DNA of 63,811 bases from a virus (IMGVR_UViG_3300045135_000802:1-63811), one strand, 5' to 3'; counted from the first letter of the stretch, positions 30,501 through 39,757 are shown. A program made the numbers and translations. Notes: generated from the sequence alone by a model not told the origin.

Positions 30501-32119
30501 AGCTTACAGTTTCTGAAAACGTTGTAGTATCTGGTAACTTGTATGTTACAGGTTCGGTAACTACAATCAACACTGAAACGATTAAGCTTGCTGATAACAT
30601 CATCGTTCTTAATAGTAACTTGGGCGCATCTAGCCCAGCAACTCAGAACGCTGGCTTCACGGTAAACCGTGGATCTGATGGCGACAAACACGTTGTTTGG
30701 AACGAAACGACTGATAACTGGGATATTGAAGATACTAAAGTAACAGGCGATCTTACAGTAACAGGCGACACTTCAGTTGGCGGAAACCTAGATGTAATTG
30801 GCGGTGCTGATCATACTATCGGTAACGACTACACTGGAACAAACCCTAATACTGGCGTTGATTACACTGAGGCTGAGAAGCGAGCTCTATGGCAGGCTGG
30901 CGATATTGCTACACTTCATGTATATGCTAACACCGTATTCTACGATAAGATCGAAGTAGCAGCGCCAATCGTTTCTTCAGGTCCTGGTAAGTTCTCTCAG
31001 CTTACTATTACAGGAACTTCAGAGCTTAACGATAAGGTTACAATCCTTGATGATCTAGACGTATCTGGTCGTTCTACTCTAGCTGATGTTCATGCTAACG
31101 GAGCGTTTGATGTTGATGGTTCTTCAGCTCTACACGGGTTGACAGCGACTACAATCCAAGCAAACGGTACGATGACTGTTGTAGGTTCTTCTTACTTCAA
31201 CAACATTCATGCTACTAACATTCAAGCGAACGGTTCAATCAGTATCAACGGTGCTGAAACAACAACGTTAACAGCTTCTTCTACAGCTGAACTTCATGCG
31301 GTTACGACTACAACCCTATCAGCTAACGGAACAGCATCGCTTAACGATGTAACGTCTACAACTCTACACGCTAATAGCGACCTGACTGTAGATGGAGACT
31401 CAGCTCTTAATGGCTTGACCGTTACTACACTAACTGCTAATAGCACAGCCACTCTAAACGATGCTGAAGTTGTAACGCTTGGTGTAAGCGGAACGTCAGC
31501 TCTTAATGCTACAACAACAACTACTCTAAGAGCCAACTCGGCAGTTACATTTAACTCTACCTTAGGAGTTGCTGGTACAGCTTCTCTAAACGGCAATGCT
31601 ACTCTAGGTTCAGATAACTCTAAAGACCTAGCGGTGAATGCTAAGGTATCAACTAACCTAATCCCTAAAAAGACTACGGGCGAACTTGGACCAAACCTTG
31701 GTTCATCTTCTGATAACTGGGAAACTGTATACGCTAACAACGCTGTAATTGCTAACGAACTGAACGTTACTGGTCTAATTAAGTCTCAGTCAGGCATTCT
31801 AACTGCTCCTGAAAATATTACAGCGCAGTACAGTCAGACTACTCTTGACCTTCTAACGTCAGACAGTTTCCACGTAACTCTAACCGACAATACAGAGCTT
31901 GTTCTTGATAACATAGCAGATAAGATTGGCGGTTACGGAAGTATTGTATTAATCCAAGATAGTACAGGCGGTTGGGAAGTAACTTGGCCAAGTGAGTTTA
32001 AAACTCCACGTGGCGCTACAATTACCCAGTCAACAGGTGCTAGTACGATGGCTCTCTTATCGTACTACATAGTTGATACAGACGCAATTATTGTTAACTA
32101 TCTTGGTGACTTTCAGTGA
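27563..32119 (+). CDS. Long tail fibre-like protein with beta-repeat shaft
   Basis: 1518 aa; NSFNSWRLNTN anchor, many (V)DGTS.L.G.T.TTLHANG repeats, YDLGSSTKAWKDLYLSG, TTINTET...DNIIVLN, C-terminal QDSTGG..VTW domain. Confidence 0.8.
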   Translation: MSVRIANTSLNNSFNSWRLNTNYMATVISNNAVTVRGTGDTARGGMSRGSGHVEGTFTANTLKTFALAGGNTLVQTDLSIISNTTFSGADLTVSANAVFSGNVDFDITGANRLHLGGIDRLRLSGGQRGQFLVIEDTTGGAGPSSDTPQFRYLTLRDITDLSTNSAHIILSSANSSFSEDNDSPHIIFASGIGGSNPADKIHIFAAGDPATGGDSDLFVKMADSAGDSKFTIATVANAAVATISSTGEISTVNDLNVDGTSYLEVLDVNDTSRFVGTSTFHGTAVFNDEVTFNSLVKLYGDVEVGDAAADVLNVEASSYLNGNTTLGDANSDILYVNAEIRADLTPNTTNSFTLGKLDKKWKRAWIVEADFDNLTVRENSRMNNTSVTFLTANSTASLNDTTVTTLHANGNVTLGSALEVAGLTDLQGNVRLGNANTDTVRVTGEIETAIVPSANGQNDLGKAYKQWNFLYTKNANVATTLVVDGDTRINTLTATSIRANSAVDIRNDLNVDGGSTLNEVTTTTLTANGVTNLNSTLTVGGRTFLTRKLNVSEKTTLTDLHANGALDVVGSTALNGLTVTTLSANNTASLNDVTVTTLQANGTSTLNAVNAASIAVDGASALNEVTATTLTANGTSALNGATVTTLHANGNVTLGAALQVDGTSSLHGITGTTLLANGAVTFRSTLEVDDQAQFDGNVILGDNSTDKITVKGNFANQSTDGTSDFNGTVNTYGTLNVNGDSNIGDADTDTVTITATIDSDLIPTSNVTYDLGSSTKAWKDLYLSGSSLYLGSVKFADVSGGLVITDGSSTTVDITAATVNAEDLVVDGTSALHGTSTTTLHANGAITADSTLAVDGTSSLNGVTATSLHANGAITADSTLAVDGTSSLNGVTTTTLHANTSLNVDGTTTLNGTTVTTLAANLASTFANTVDVIGATTLTSITASSNAVFQDEIVGQGNTTLSYLTVNNLSSLSDTDITGQLTVSENVVVSGNLYVTGSVTTINTETIKLADNIIVLNSNLGASSPATQNAGFTVNRGSDGDKHVVWNETTDNWDIEDTKVTGDLTVTGDTSVGGNLDVIGGADHTIGNDYTGTNPNTGVDYTEAEKRALWQAGDIATLHVYANTVFYDKIEVAAPIVSSGPGKFSQLTITGTSELNDKVTILDDLDVSGRSTLADVHANGAFDVDGSSALHGLTATTIQANGTMTVVGSSYFNNIHATNIQANGSISINGAETTTLTASSTAELHAVTTTTLSANGTASLNDVTSTTLHANSDLTVDGDSALNGLTVTTLTANSTATLNDAEVVTLGVSGTSALNATTTTTLRANSAVTFNSTLGVAGTASLNGNATLGSDNSKDLAVNAKVSTNLIPKKTTGELGPNLGSSSDNWETVYANNAVIANELNVTGLIKSQSGILTAPENITAQYSQTTLDLLTSDSFHVTLTDNTELVLDNIADKIGGYGSIVLIQDSTGGWEVTWPSEFKTPRGATITQSTGASTMALLSYYIVDTDAIIVNYLGDFQ

Positions 32120-34254
32120 CAATACCTCCGGCTCTTTGGGACATACCTGAGTGGTCTACCGAGTTTGAAACCTCGGATAACACTCAAACAGAATGGGAAA
32201 CTAGTCATGCTACTCAAACAGAGTGGCTGACTAGCTACACAACCATTACCGAGTTTACAACCTCAGCATTGACTCAGCGTGAGACTACGACTGAGTGGAA
32301 TACAACTCGCTCAACTGTTACAGAGTTCACAACCAACTACAGTACGATTACAGAATGGCCAACATACCGTTCTACGTACACGTATTTCCTAAGCTACTGG
32401 AACACAAGCACCTCTACTGTTACCGAATGGAATACAACTCAGGATACTGTTACTGAGTGGACAACCGTATTCAATACAATCACTGAGTTTACAACTGAGT
32501 GGACTACAAACTATTCTACAACGACTCAATACAATACAACCCGTTCTACGGTTACGGATTGGATGACTTATTGGGATGTTGAAACTTCTAAAGAGACCGA
32601 GTGGCAAACAAATTACCTAACAAACACCACCCGTGTTACGTCTAGGGATACAGAGACTCTTTGGGAAACGGATCAGACTACTACAACTGAGTGGACAACC
32701 TACTTTCAGACTTACTTCTTAACGAATGGTCATTATACGGAATGGGAAACTCAGAGATTTACTCTTTGGGATACTCACGTTGTAATCAGCACTCAGTATA
32801 CGTCTACTTGGGAAACTGATATTCTTACTGACGTAACAACCGAAACGTTGTATGAAACAACTACATCATGGATGACTTCGACTACAACAGAAACAAGCAG
32901 AACTACAACGTTTGCGACTAACGTTTCAACTGCTTGGCAGACGTTGATGTCGACGCATGTTACAACCGATTGGTCTACAGAATATACTACAGATACGATC
33001 TGGACAACTCAAACAGCCAGTATTACAGTCAAGCATACATCTTGGGATGTAACGACTGACTGGCTAACTGCTGTTCAGTTCTACGTTGAAGATGGTTATG
33101 TTGAACCTGAATATCTTGTAAGTACTTGGCTTGGAACAAGTAGAACCACTGTATACGAAACCGATACGGTTTATGCTACGTTGTGGACAACGCAAGTTCT
33201 AAGACAGACAAGTGTTCCTACAGTCTATGCTGTAAGCACGCTATGGAATACGACTTACGATACATCACGTGATACTCTAGTTGAAGTTTCTACTTCTACA
33301 ACTTGGTTGACGGAAACCTCATGGGAAGTTTCTAGATCGACTCAAGAGATAAGATCTACAGTAACGCAGAAAACTACAATATACAATACCAATACGACGA
33401 CTGAGTTCAATACTGAATACGATGCTATCGGTTCAGCGTATACGGTATGGGCGACTTCTCAGTACGAAGCAGATGCTGCGGCTCAGACATATACGTATTA
33501 CTTCACTTATGGAAACACGATAGTTCCAACGTACAGGATCACGTGGGAAGTAAACCACAACACCAACACGTTCATCTATAACACGTATAAGTGGACTGCT
33601 TACGCAGAGTTTAGAAATACTGTAACGGCAGCGATTACCGAAACGGCTCTAGATACAAATTACATTACCACTAGAGAAACATCTACTCTTTGGGAAACCT
33701 CTAGAGGCACAAGCACCGTTTGGACTACTGAGTGGGATACTTCTACTATCTGGAGTACAGTTGCTACAACTTCTTGGATTACTGGCTATCAGCGTCTGAC
33801 AGACTTCACTACAACTACAGAGTGGACAACTGAGCATATCACGATAACTGAGTTCACTACAGACTACCTAACGACTGATGTTGTACAGACAAACTTCTTA
33901 ACGCATTGGACAACTTCTACTGAGTTCTTGACTACTATGGTTAAGACAACAACTTGGCAGACAAGTGAAGAAACCTATCGTATTACAACTACAGAATGGA
34001 CAACTTCTACAGCTACAGTAACTGAGTGGTTGACTTACTACACCACTACAACCGAGTGGAATACAACTAGGTCTACAAGTACTGAGTTCGAAACTGTATG
34101 GCTAACGCATCTGTCTACTATAACTGAGTTCCTAACGAACTACACTACGAACACGGCTTACACAACCAACTATATAACTACAACAACTTGGGAAACTAAC
34201 CGTATCACTAACTGGTTTGAGACTTGGACTTATAATACATTGACTGGAACGTAA
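32116..34254 (+). CDS. Thr/Trp-rich repeat protein of unknown function
   Basis: 712 aa, GTG start overlapping upstream stop; recurring approx. 10-aa TEW.T...T. units, Thr at alternating positions. Confidence 0.8.
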   Translation: MTIPPALWDIPEWSTEFETSDNTQTEWETSHATQTEWLTSYTTITEFTTSALTQRETTTEWNTTRSTVTEFTTNYSTITEWPTYRSTYTYFLSYWNTSTSTVTEWNTTQDTVTEWTTVFNTITEFTTEWTTNYSTTTQYNTTRSTVTDWMTYWDVETSKETEWQTNYLTNTTRVTSRDTETLWETDQTTTTEWTTYFQTYFLTNGHYTEWETQRFTLWDTHVVISTQYTSTWETDILTDVTTETLYETTTSWMTSTTTETSRTTTFATNVSTAWQTLMSTHVTTDWSTEYTTDTIWTTQTASITVKHTSWDVTTDWLTAVQFYVEDGYVEPEYLVSTWLGTSRTTVYETDTVYATLWTTQVLRQTSVPTVYAVSTLWNTTYDTSRDTLVEVSTSTTWLTETSWEVSRSTQEIRSTVTQKTTIYNTNTTTEFNTEYDAIGSAYTVWATSQYEADAAAQTYTYYFTYGNTIVPTYRITWEVNHNTNTFIYNTYKWTAYAEFRNTVTAAITETALDTNYITTRETSTLWETSRGTSTVWTTEWDTSTIWSTVATTSWITGYQRLTDFTTTTEWTTEHITITEFTTDYLTTDVVQTNFLTHWTTSTEFLTTMVKTTTWQTSEETYRITTTEWTTSTATVTEWLTYYTTTTEWNTTRSTSTEFETVWLTHLSTITEFLTNYTTNTAYTTNYITTTTWETNRITNWFETWTYNTLTGT

Positions 34255-34257
34255 AAT

Positions 34258-34803
34258 ATGAATCGTGAAGAAATGGTTTCGTTATATGAAGATTATTATG
34301 GAAAACGAAAAAAGAATAAGACGACCATAAACGACAGCGATGCTCTAATCATCGCTGGTATGGCTTGCGGAACCAAGTCAAAGTCTATCTTAGATTATGG
34401 TTGCGGTCACGGACTTCAGTATAAAAGAGACGGTCTTCATAAGAAAATGCGTATTGACTTGCGCAACGTTTTCCTATATGATATAGGTAATCCAAGACAC
34501 AATGTTTTGATTGATCATAATGTAGATGGTGTTATATGTACTGACGTTCTAGAACATATCCCTGAAGAATTCCTAGACGAAGCTCTAACCAATATCTTTA
34601 CTAAGGCAGACAAATTTGTTTACCTTACTATTCATTGCGGGCTCGCTAAGAAGGTTCTATCAAACGGACAAAATGCTCACTGTACTATTAAACACCCTAG
34701 AGAATGGAAACGTTTAATAAAAGAATACAATACAAAAGAGTTACCAGTCTACGTTAAATTCAATATACCAACTAATCCAGCGATGAACCCTCTTAATATA
34801 TGA
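34258..34803 (+). CDS. Class I SAM-dependent methyltransferase
   Basis: ILDYGCGHG motif I, DGVICTDVLEHIP, NGQNAHCTI. Confidence 0.88.
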   Translation: MNREEMVSLYEDYYGKRKKNKTTINDSDALIIAGMACGTKSKSILDYGCGHGLQYKRDGLHKKMRIDLRNVFLYDIGNPRHNVLIDHNVDGVICTDVLEHIPEEFLDEALTNIFTKADKFVYLTIHCGLAKKVLSNGQNAHCTIKHPREWKRLIKEYNTKELPVYVKFNIPTNPAMNPLNI

Positions 34804-35519
34804 AAGAATTGAATCAGAATGCTATCGACGAACTATTTAAAGATAAAAGAGTAATATTAGTCGGTAACTCGGTAGAGCTAATGAACTTTAATTATGCGGA
34901 TTATATTGATTCGTTTGATGTTGTCGTTCGCTTCGGTAAAGCTATCTCCGCTGGAGAAAAAGAACAGAAGGCGATCGGCAAGAAGATTGATGTATGGGCT
35001 ACAGGTTCTTTCCGTGCGGCAATGATTCAGAATCAAAAGTACAAAGATCTAATTGAAAAGAATAATACAAATATACTATTCAATAGAGCTAGGATGGACT
35101 TTAAAAAGCGACTTGTAATGGAACCATACATCGACAAGATTGGATATGATATGTTTCAAGACGATGAAATTAGAGAGATATATTCACGATATGGCTTAAC
35201 TGATGACGCATCTACATCACGTCTATCTATCGGTACGATTACTACTATGTTTATGTGCGAGAAGGTTAAGAACTATAAGAGCTTAACGTTGCTTGGATTT
35301 GATCTGTTTAAAAAGAGTACCTCTAAACGTAGAAACAACTCGGCTCAAGACTCAACTAGCTGGCATCTACCTATCATCGGCTCTACTGATATCATTCACG
35401 ATCATGATTTAGAGAAGTCAATCATTAGACAATATGCGGAAGATGGATTGCTTGAATGGAATATCATCAGCGATCTTAAACCTACGTTAATCAATAATAC
35501 ATATTATGGCAACTTCTAA
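34800..35519 (+). CDS. GT29 (sialyltransferase-like) glycosyltransferase
   Basis: KRVILVGNS...YIDSFDVVVRF...GKKIDVW resembles sialylmotif L; LLGFD and H...HD..LE resemble motifs S/VS. Confidence 0.75.
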   Translation: MKELNQNAIDELFKDKRVILVGNSVELMNFNYADYIDSFDVVVRFGKAISAGEKEQKAIGKKIDVWATGSFRAAMIQNQKYKDLIEKNNTNILFNRARMDFKKRLVMEPYIDKIGYDMFQDDEIREIYSRYGLTDDASTSRLSIGTITTMFMCEKVKNYKSLTLLGFDLFKKSTSKRRNNSAQDSTSWHLPIIGSTDIIHDHDLEKSIIRQYAEDGLLEWNIISDLKPTLINNTYYGNF

Positions 35520-36121
35520 TGTACGATAAAGAACTCGAACAATATTACATCGATCTATACAAACAAGTTCATACCGAGCCTCAGTATAATCCTAAGAATA
35601 AGATATATGGTTATGGCGATGGGAAAACTGTCTATGATAGATGGAAAGAGTTAAGATATACCTTTGATAAATGGGAAGTTTATAGTATACTAGACTTTGG
35701 TGCGGGTAAAGCTGCGCATCATAATAACCTTAATATGTATCAGAAACGATTTGGTATTACTGACGTTGATCTTTACGAACCTGCTATCGAAGAATATGCT
35801 GAGTTAAAAGATAGAACCTATGATGCTGTTGTTTGCGCTGACGTTATGGAACATATTCCTGAAGTAAACGTTGAGCATACTATACAACAGATTAATAGTA
35901 GAGCCGATAAGGTTGCGTTTTATATTGTGAGCGGTAATGAGTCTCAAACAATCTTGCCTAACGGTGAGAATGCTCATATAACACGTAAACCTAAATCATG
36001 GTGGAGTGAACGTATACTGAAGCATGCTAAGGGCGACTGTCAATACTACCTAATGATCACTTTTGGTAAGCGTGAATCGTTCTATCATCTTAATAGTGGC
36101 GCTCGACTGGAAGCAAATTAA
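35519..36121 (+). CDS. Class I SAM-dependent methyltransferase (paralogue of 34258)
   Basis: ILDFGAGKA, YEPAI, DAVVCADVMEHIPE, LPNGENAHIT. Confidence 0.88.
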   Translation: MYDKELEQYYIDLYKQVHTEPQYNPKNKIYGYGDGKTVYDRWKELRYTFDKWEVYSILDFGAGKAAHHNNLNMYQKRFGITDVDLYEPAIEEYAELKDRTYDAVVCADVMEHIPEVNVEHTIQQINSRADKVAFYIVSGNESQTILPNGENAHITRKPKSWWSERILKHAKGDCQYYLMITFGKRESFYHLNSGARLEAN

Positions 36122-36792
36122 TGTATAATGTTGTAATCGGTTACGACCGAGCGAATAGAATCCCTGCTTATACTCTAGCAGACAGTATTATGGAACACTC
36201 AAGTGTTCCTATTAATTTTATATTCTTACATAGAAATACGTTGAATATGTATACACGGGAACGTAGTGTACATGATAGTACAGACTTCAGTAACTCTAGA
36301 TTCTTGGCGCCATTCCTTTCTGAATATAAAGGTTGGACATTATACCTAGATAATGATATGATCGTTAAAGATGATATTAAGAAGCTTTTTGATTATGTTG
36401 ATGACAAATATTCAGTAATGTGCGTGAAGCATAATCAAATAGTAGAGCGAGACACTAAGTTCTTTGGCGCTGAACAATATGAGTATCGTCTAAAGAACTG
36501 GTCTAGCGTAATGCTATTCAATAATGCTTACTGCGATATGCTTACTCCAGAGTATATAAATACAGCAAAAGGTTTAGACCTACATCAATTTAGATGGCTT
36601 GACTCTGAAGAACTCATAGGTGAACTTCCTCTTGAATGGAATTACCTTGTAGCGAATAAGAATCAAACCGATAAACCGCCTAAACTGATACATTATACAG
36701 AAGGCGGACCATACTTCAAAGAAACTAAAGACTGCGAATATGCTGATGATTGGCGTGAAGTGTATAAAAGAATTAATGACGTGAGGACATAG
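36121..36792 (+). CDS. GT-A fold glycosyltransferase (GT8-like)
   Basis: VVIGYD, STDFSNSRFLAP, YLDND (DxD), KNWSSVMLFN, LHQFRWL, LPLEWNYL, IHYTEGGP. Confidence 0.88.
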   Translation: MYNVVIGYDRANRIPAYTLADSIMEHSSVPINFIFLHRNTLNMYTRERSVHDSTDFSNSRFLAPFLSEYKGWTLYLDNDMIVKDDIKKLFDYVDDKYSVMCVKHNQIVERDTKFFGAEQYEYRLKNWSSVMLFNNAYCDMLTPEYINTAKGLDLHQFRWLDSEELIGELPLEWNYLVANKNQTDKPPKLIHYTEGGPYFKETKDCEYADDWREVYKRINDVRT

Positions 36793-36793
36793 A

Positions 36794-37675
36794 ATGGATA
36801 TGTTTAACAAGAAGTCAATGAAAGAACGTATTGGCGATATTCAAAAGAATGATAGTCTTGGACATCTAAAAGAAGTAGAAAAGTATTGGCTAAGTTCGGT
36901 AAAGGCTCTACGAAAGAAAGGTGTAGAAACATCTTATGATGTAATGGCGAATGAGCTTCCTTACTTCAAAACATTTAATTACACTGAGTGGGCACACAGC
37001 TTTATCGTTCACCCTATGCAGCAGAAGCTTCGTGAAAAGCAGATAACTGATGCGTATAACGACAACGCTGATATTGAACTAGACTGGGCTGGATATTTTA
37101 GAGATAGAATCGAGAATAGAAAGTCAAACAAATACACTCATATTAAAGCTGATAAAGATCCAGAGTATCGTGAGAACATTGTAGTTCTTGTAGGTTCTAA
37201 TAAACTCAAAGATCGTATATGTTTGAATAAGTTGAAATGGATTCGAGATAAGTTTGACGATGACGTCTACTTTAAACCTCATCCACTTACAACCTATCAG
37301 CTTGTTGGTGAGCTTAAAGATTTATTTGGTAATGATAACGTTCTTGAACGTGATGCGGATATGTATGATTATTTGCTTCATGCGGATACGGTATGGGCAT
37401 CACATATGACTGAGTCCGCAGTGTATGCTATCTCTTTAGGTAAGGAGCTAGAGCCTGTAGACGTATACCAAAAGGTTCATATGGGGTCGTTCTACCATAT
37501 CAATCAGCATCTATTTGAGCAAGAGAATCCTAAAGAATGGCTTAACAGAACTCTTAATAGTCCTAAGTGTGGCGTGTTCAACCCAGAGGTTGATCCTAAC
37601 TGGAAACGTCGAATGGATGAATACCTAGAATACATTATGGAAGAGCGTGAAAAGTTCAAGGATAAATACATATAA
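36794..37675 (+). CDS. Possible KpsS/KpsC-like GT-B glycosyltransferase
   Basis: YFKPHP motif and LL.AD.V....ES..YA..LGK segment resemble capsule Kdo-transferase C-terminal domains; context supports. Confidence 0.45.
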   Translation: MDMFNKKSMKERIGDIQKNDSLGHLKEVEKYWLSSVKALRKKGVETSYDVMANELPYFKTFNYTEWAHSFIVHPMQQKLREKQITDAYNDNADIELDWAGYFRDRIENRKSNKYTHIKADKDPEYRENIVVLVGSNKLKDRICLNKLKWIRDKFDDDVYFKPHPLTTYQLVGELKDLFGNDNVLERDADMYDYLLHADTVWASHMTESAVYAISLGKELEPVDVYQKVHMGSFYHINQHLFEQENPKEWLNRTLNSPKCGVFNPEVDPNWKRRMDEYLEYIMEEREKFKDKYI

Positions 37676-37678
37676 ATA
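37671..37678 (+). promoter_or_regulatory. T4 late promoter
   Basis: TATAAATA overlapping the upstream stop, 30 nt before the next ATG. Confidence 0.8.
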
Positions 37679-37708
37679 GTTTAACAAATTCCTAGCAGGA
37701 TCGGACAA

Positions 37709-38143
37709 ATGGGCACGGTTACATTAAGATCAAAGACAGCCTCAACTGGCGAGTATACTAAAAACGATGAGTTGACGCACGACGAAATGGATACAAACTG
37801 GACACTGATGATGCGCAAAGACATTGCGACAACAGCGACTCAGATTACAGTATCCGGCAACATTACGTCAAACTCAGATAAACGGTTGAAGTCTGACATT
37901 ACGACAATTTCAAATGCGGTTGATATCGTTAAGGCTCTAAGAGGCACGGCATATATCAAAGACGGAAAACCTGAGATTGGCGTAATTGCTCAAGAGATTG
38001 AAGTCGTTCTACCTCAAGTTGTATCTACGGCTGACGATGAAATGGGCACTAAGTCTGTTGCTTACGGTAACATCGTTGCGGTACTAATCGAAGCTATCAA
38101 AGAGTTGTCTGCTGAAGTAGAAGAACTGAAGAAGAATAAGTAA
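37709..38143 (+). CDS. Short protein with peptidase S74 intramolecular chaperone domain
   Basis: SDKRLKSDI, GVIAQEIE.VLPQVV, VAYGNIVAVLIEAIKEL plus coiled coil. Confidence 0.9.
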   Translation: MGTVTLRSKTASTGEYTKNDELTHDEMDTNWTLMMRKDIATTATQITVSGNITSNSDKRLKSDITTISNAVDIVKALRGTAYIKDGKPEIGVIAQEIEVVLPQVVSTADDEMGTKSVAYGNIVAVLIEAIKELSAEVEELKKNK

Positions 38144-38157
38144 CTGAGGAAACACTA

Positions 38158-38493
38158 ATGGGCGCAAAGGCTAATATTGTTATCGATCAGGGTGCTGACT
38201 TCTCAACTACAGTTACGGTAGCAGACGATTCGGGTGCTGCTATAGATCTAACTGGATACACTGCTAGAGGGCAAATAAGAAAACATTACACCTCAGAAAC
38301 TGCTATTGACTTTACTATTAGTTTTGAATCTCCAAGATCAGATGGGCAGGTTACGCTGTCTTTAACCAACTCTCAAACGGGAGCTATGGAAGCTGGTCGC
38401 TTCGTTTATGACGCTGAAGTTATTTCGGCGAGCGGAATCGTTACTCGATTGGTTGAGGGTATTGCTACTGTAACTCCACAAGTAACAAGATAA
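38158..38493 (+). CDS. Conserved phage structural/adaptor protein (Ig-like)
   Basis: IDQGADF, DLTGYTARGQIRKHY, GRFVYDAE, RLVEG..TVTPQVT. Confidence 0.75.
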   Translation: MGAKANIVIDQGADFSTTVTVADDSGAAIDLTGYTARGQIRKHYTSETAIDFTISFESPRSDGQVTLSLTNSQTGAMEAGRFVYDAEVISASGIVTRLVEGIATVTPQVTR

Positions 38494-38502
38494 GGAGCTA
38501 TC

Positions 38503-38739
38503 ATGGCTAACGGATTCAAAGTAACGATGACTCCTAAGAATCAGTCTATTACGCTGAAGAATACAACTATCTCTCAGTCTAGACTGGATCAACTAAATGA
38601 CGTTGTTGAAGAAGATGACGCTAAACTAAATGGTTCACTATTAGTTTATCAGGCATCAACGGATACTTACGTTCTTAGACGTGTATTAAACTACGACGCT
38701 ACAACAGACACCTACACATTTAATGGCGGAGGCTTCTAG
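38503..38739 (+). CDS. Small fibre-associated hypothetical protein
   Basis: 78 aa, LNDV...NGSLLVY...DTY repeat-like unit, ends NGGGF; AAGGAG SD. Confidence 0.75.
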   Translation: MANGFKVTMTPKNQSITLKNTTISQSRLDQLNDVVEEDDAKLNGSLLVYQASTDTYVLRRVLNYDATTDTYTFNGGGF

Positions 38740-39143
38740 TGGCGGATATAGTATTTTCAATAAAGACCTCACAGAGTAATAACGCACCGCAATCCTTAGC
38801 GAATGGCGAGCTCGCTTATTCTTACTCTTCAAATAAACTCTTTATCGGTCAAACTGATACTGCTAACTCTACTACAACTGTAGAGTATATTGGCGGTAGA
38901 CTTCTTGTAGACAAGGTTGCTAACCTAGAAGCCGAAATTGCTAGAATGAGTATCGGCTCTCAAGCTTATGCTAACCTTACTATCAGCGGAACACTTAGAA
39001 TAGAGAATGCTCCAGATAATTCTGTACTGTTCAGCTCAACAAATGGCGTAATAGATTTCGCTACAGGTTCTTTAGGCAGAGTTCTACAAATTTCAAGTAA
39101 CGGTATGCCGAGCTTTGACGATCTAAATGGTGGTGACTTCTAA
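38739..39143 (+). CDS. Short fibre protein with Mtd-N-like anchor
   Basis: P.SLANGELAYS....KLFIG; ends LNGGDF; GTG start overlapping the upstream stop. Confidence 0.75.
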   Translation: MADIVFSIKTSQSNNAPQSLANGELAYSYSSNKLFIGQTDTANSTTTVEYIGGRLLVDKVANLEAEIARMSIGSQAYANLTISGTLRIENAPDNSVLFSSTNGVIDFATGSLGRVLQISSNGMPSFDDLNGGDF

Positions 39144-39145
39144 CT

Positions 39146-39757
39146 ATGAGAAAAAATACCGAAGAAATTGTAGGTATTTACGGTCAACAAATTAGTGACT
39201 TGAGTAAAACGGTCGTAGCTCTAAAGAGCAAGGTCAAATACCTAGAAGATGAATTAGCAGAAAGAGAAAGAGTTCCTGTTCCTAGAAGTGTTGTGCTTCA
39301 GATGATGAAGTATGAGCAACAGAAACGGAATATGATTGCCGAGTTTAAAAAGAGAGAACAGAAGCTTCTTGATGATATAGAGTATTATAAGCGGTATGTT
39401 CAGGAATCGGTTATTATAAATAAAGAAAACAAGGAAAAGCCAGTTAGAGATAGCGGTGTTTCTAAGTTGAGTGGCGGAACTGAGCGTGTTAAAAAGCCAG
39501 ATCCCGTCCCAGAAAGAAAGTCCTCTGGTATACCGAAGGGAGAAGCAAAAGCTGAGGTTACATCAAATAAGGTGAACTTCGGTACAGTAGCAGTTAAGAA
39601 GGTTGAAGAACCTACTGAACGTGGCGGTGGTATACCAAAGGGTTCTACTGGCGCAAGGTTTATAGCTGAACCTGAACCTCCTGTTGAAGAAATAACTACA
39701 ACAACAAAAAAACGAAGAAGAAGAAGATCCAAGAAATCGGGTTCGACGAATTCTTAA
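39146..39757 (+). CDS. Hypothetical coiled-coil protein with basic tail
   Basis: 203 aa, heptad N-half, GIPKG repeats, KKRRRRRSKK end. Confidence 0.7.
   Translation: MRKNTEEIVGIYGQQISDLSKTVVALKSKVKYLEDELAERERVPVPRSVVLQMMKYEQQKRNMIAEFKKREQKLLDDIEYYKRYVQESVIINKENKEKPVRDSGVSKLSGGTERVKKPDPVPERKSSGIPKGEAKAEVTSNKVNFGTVAVKKVEEPTERGGGIPKGSTGARFIAEPEPPVEEITTTTKKRRRRRSKKSGSTNS

Noticed and set aside
28345-31740. Minus-strand ORFs up to 335 aa inside the 1518-aa fibre (and similar ones in other repeat genes)
   Set aside because: Same-register antisense shadows of a repetitive sense gene; no SD or family motifs.
32116-34254. Ice nucleation protein InaZ-type call
   Set aside because: Lacks the AGYGSTxT octapeptide repeats; only a generic alternating-Thr pattern.
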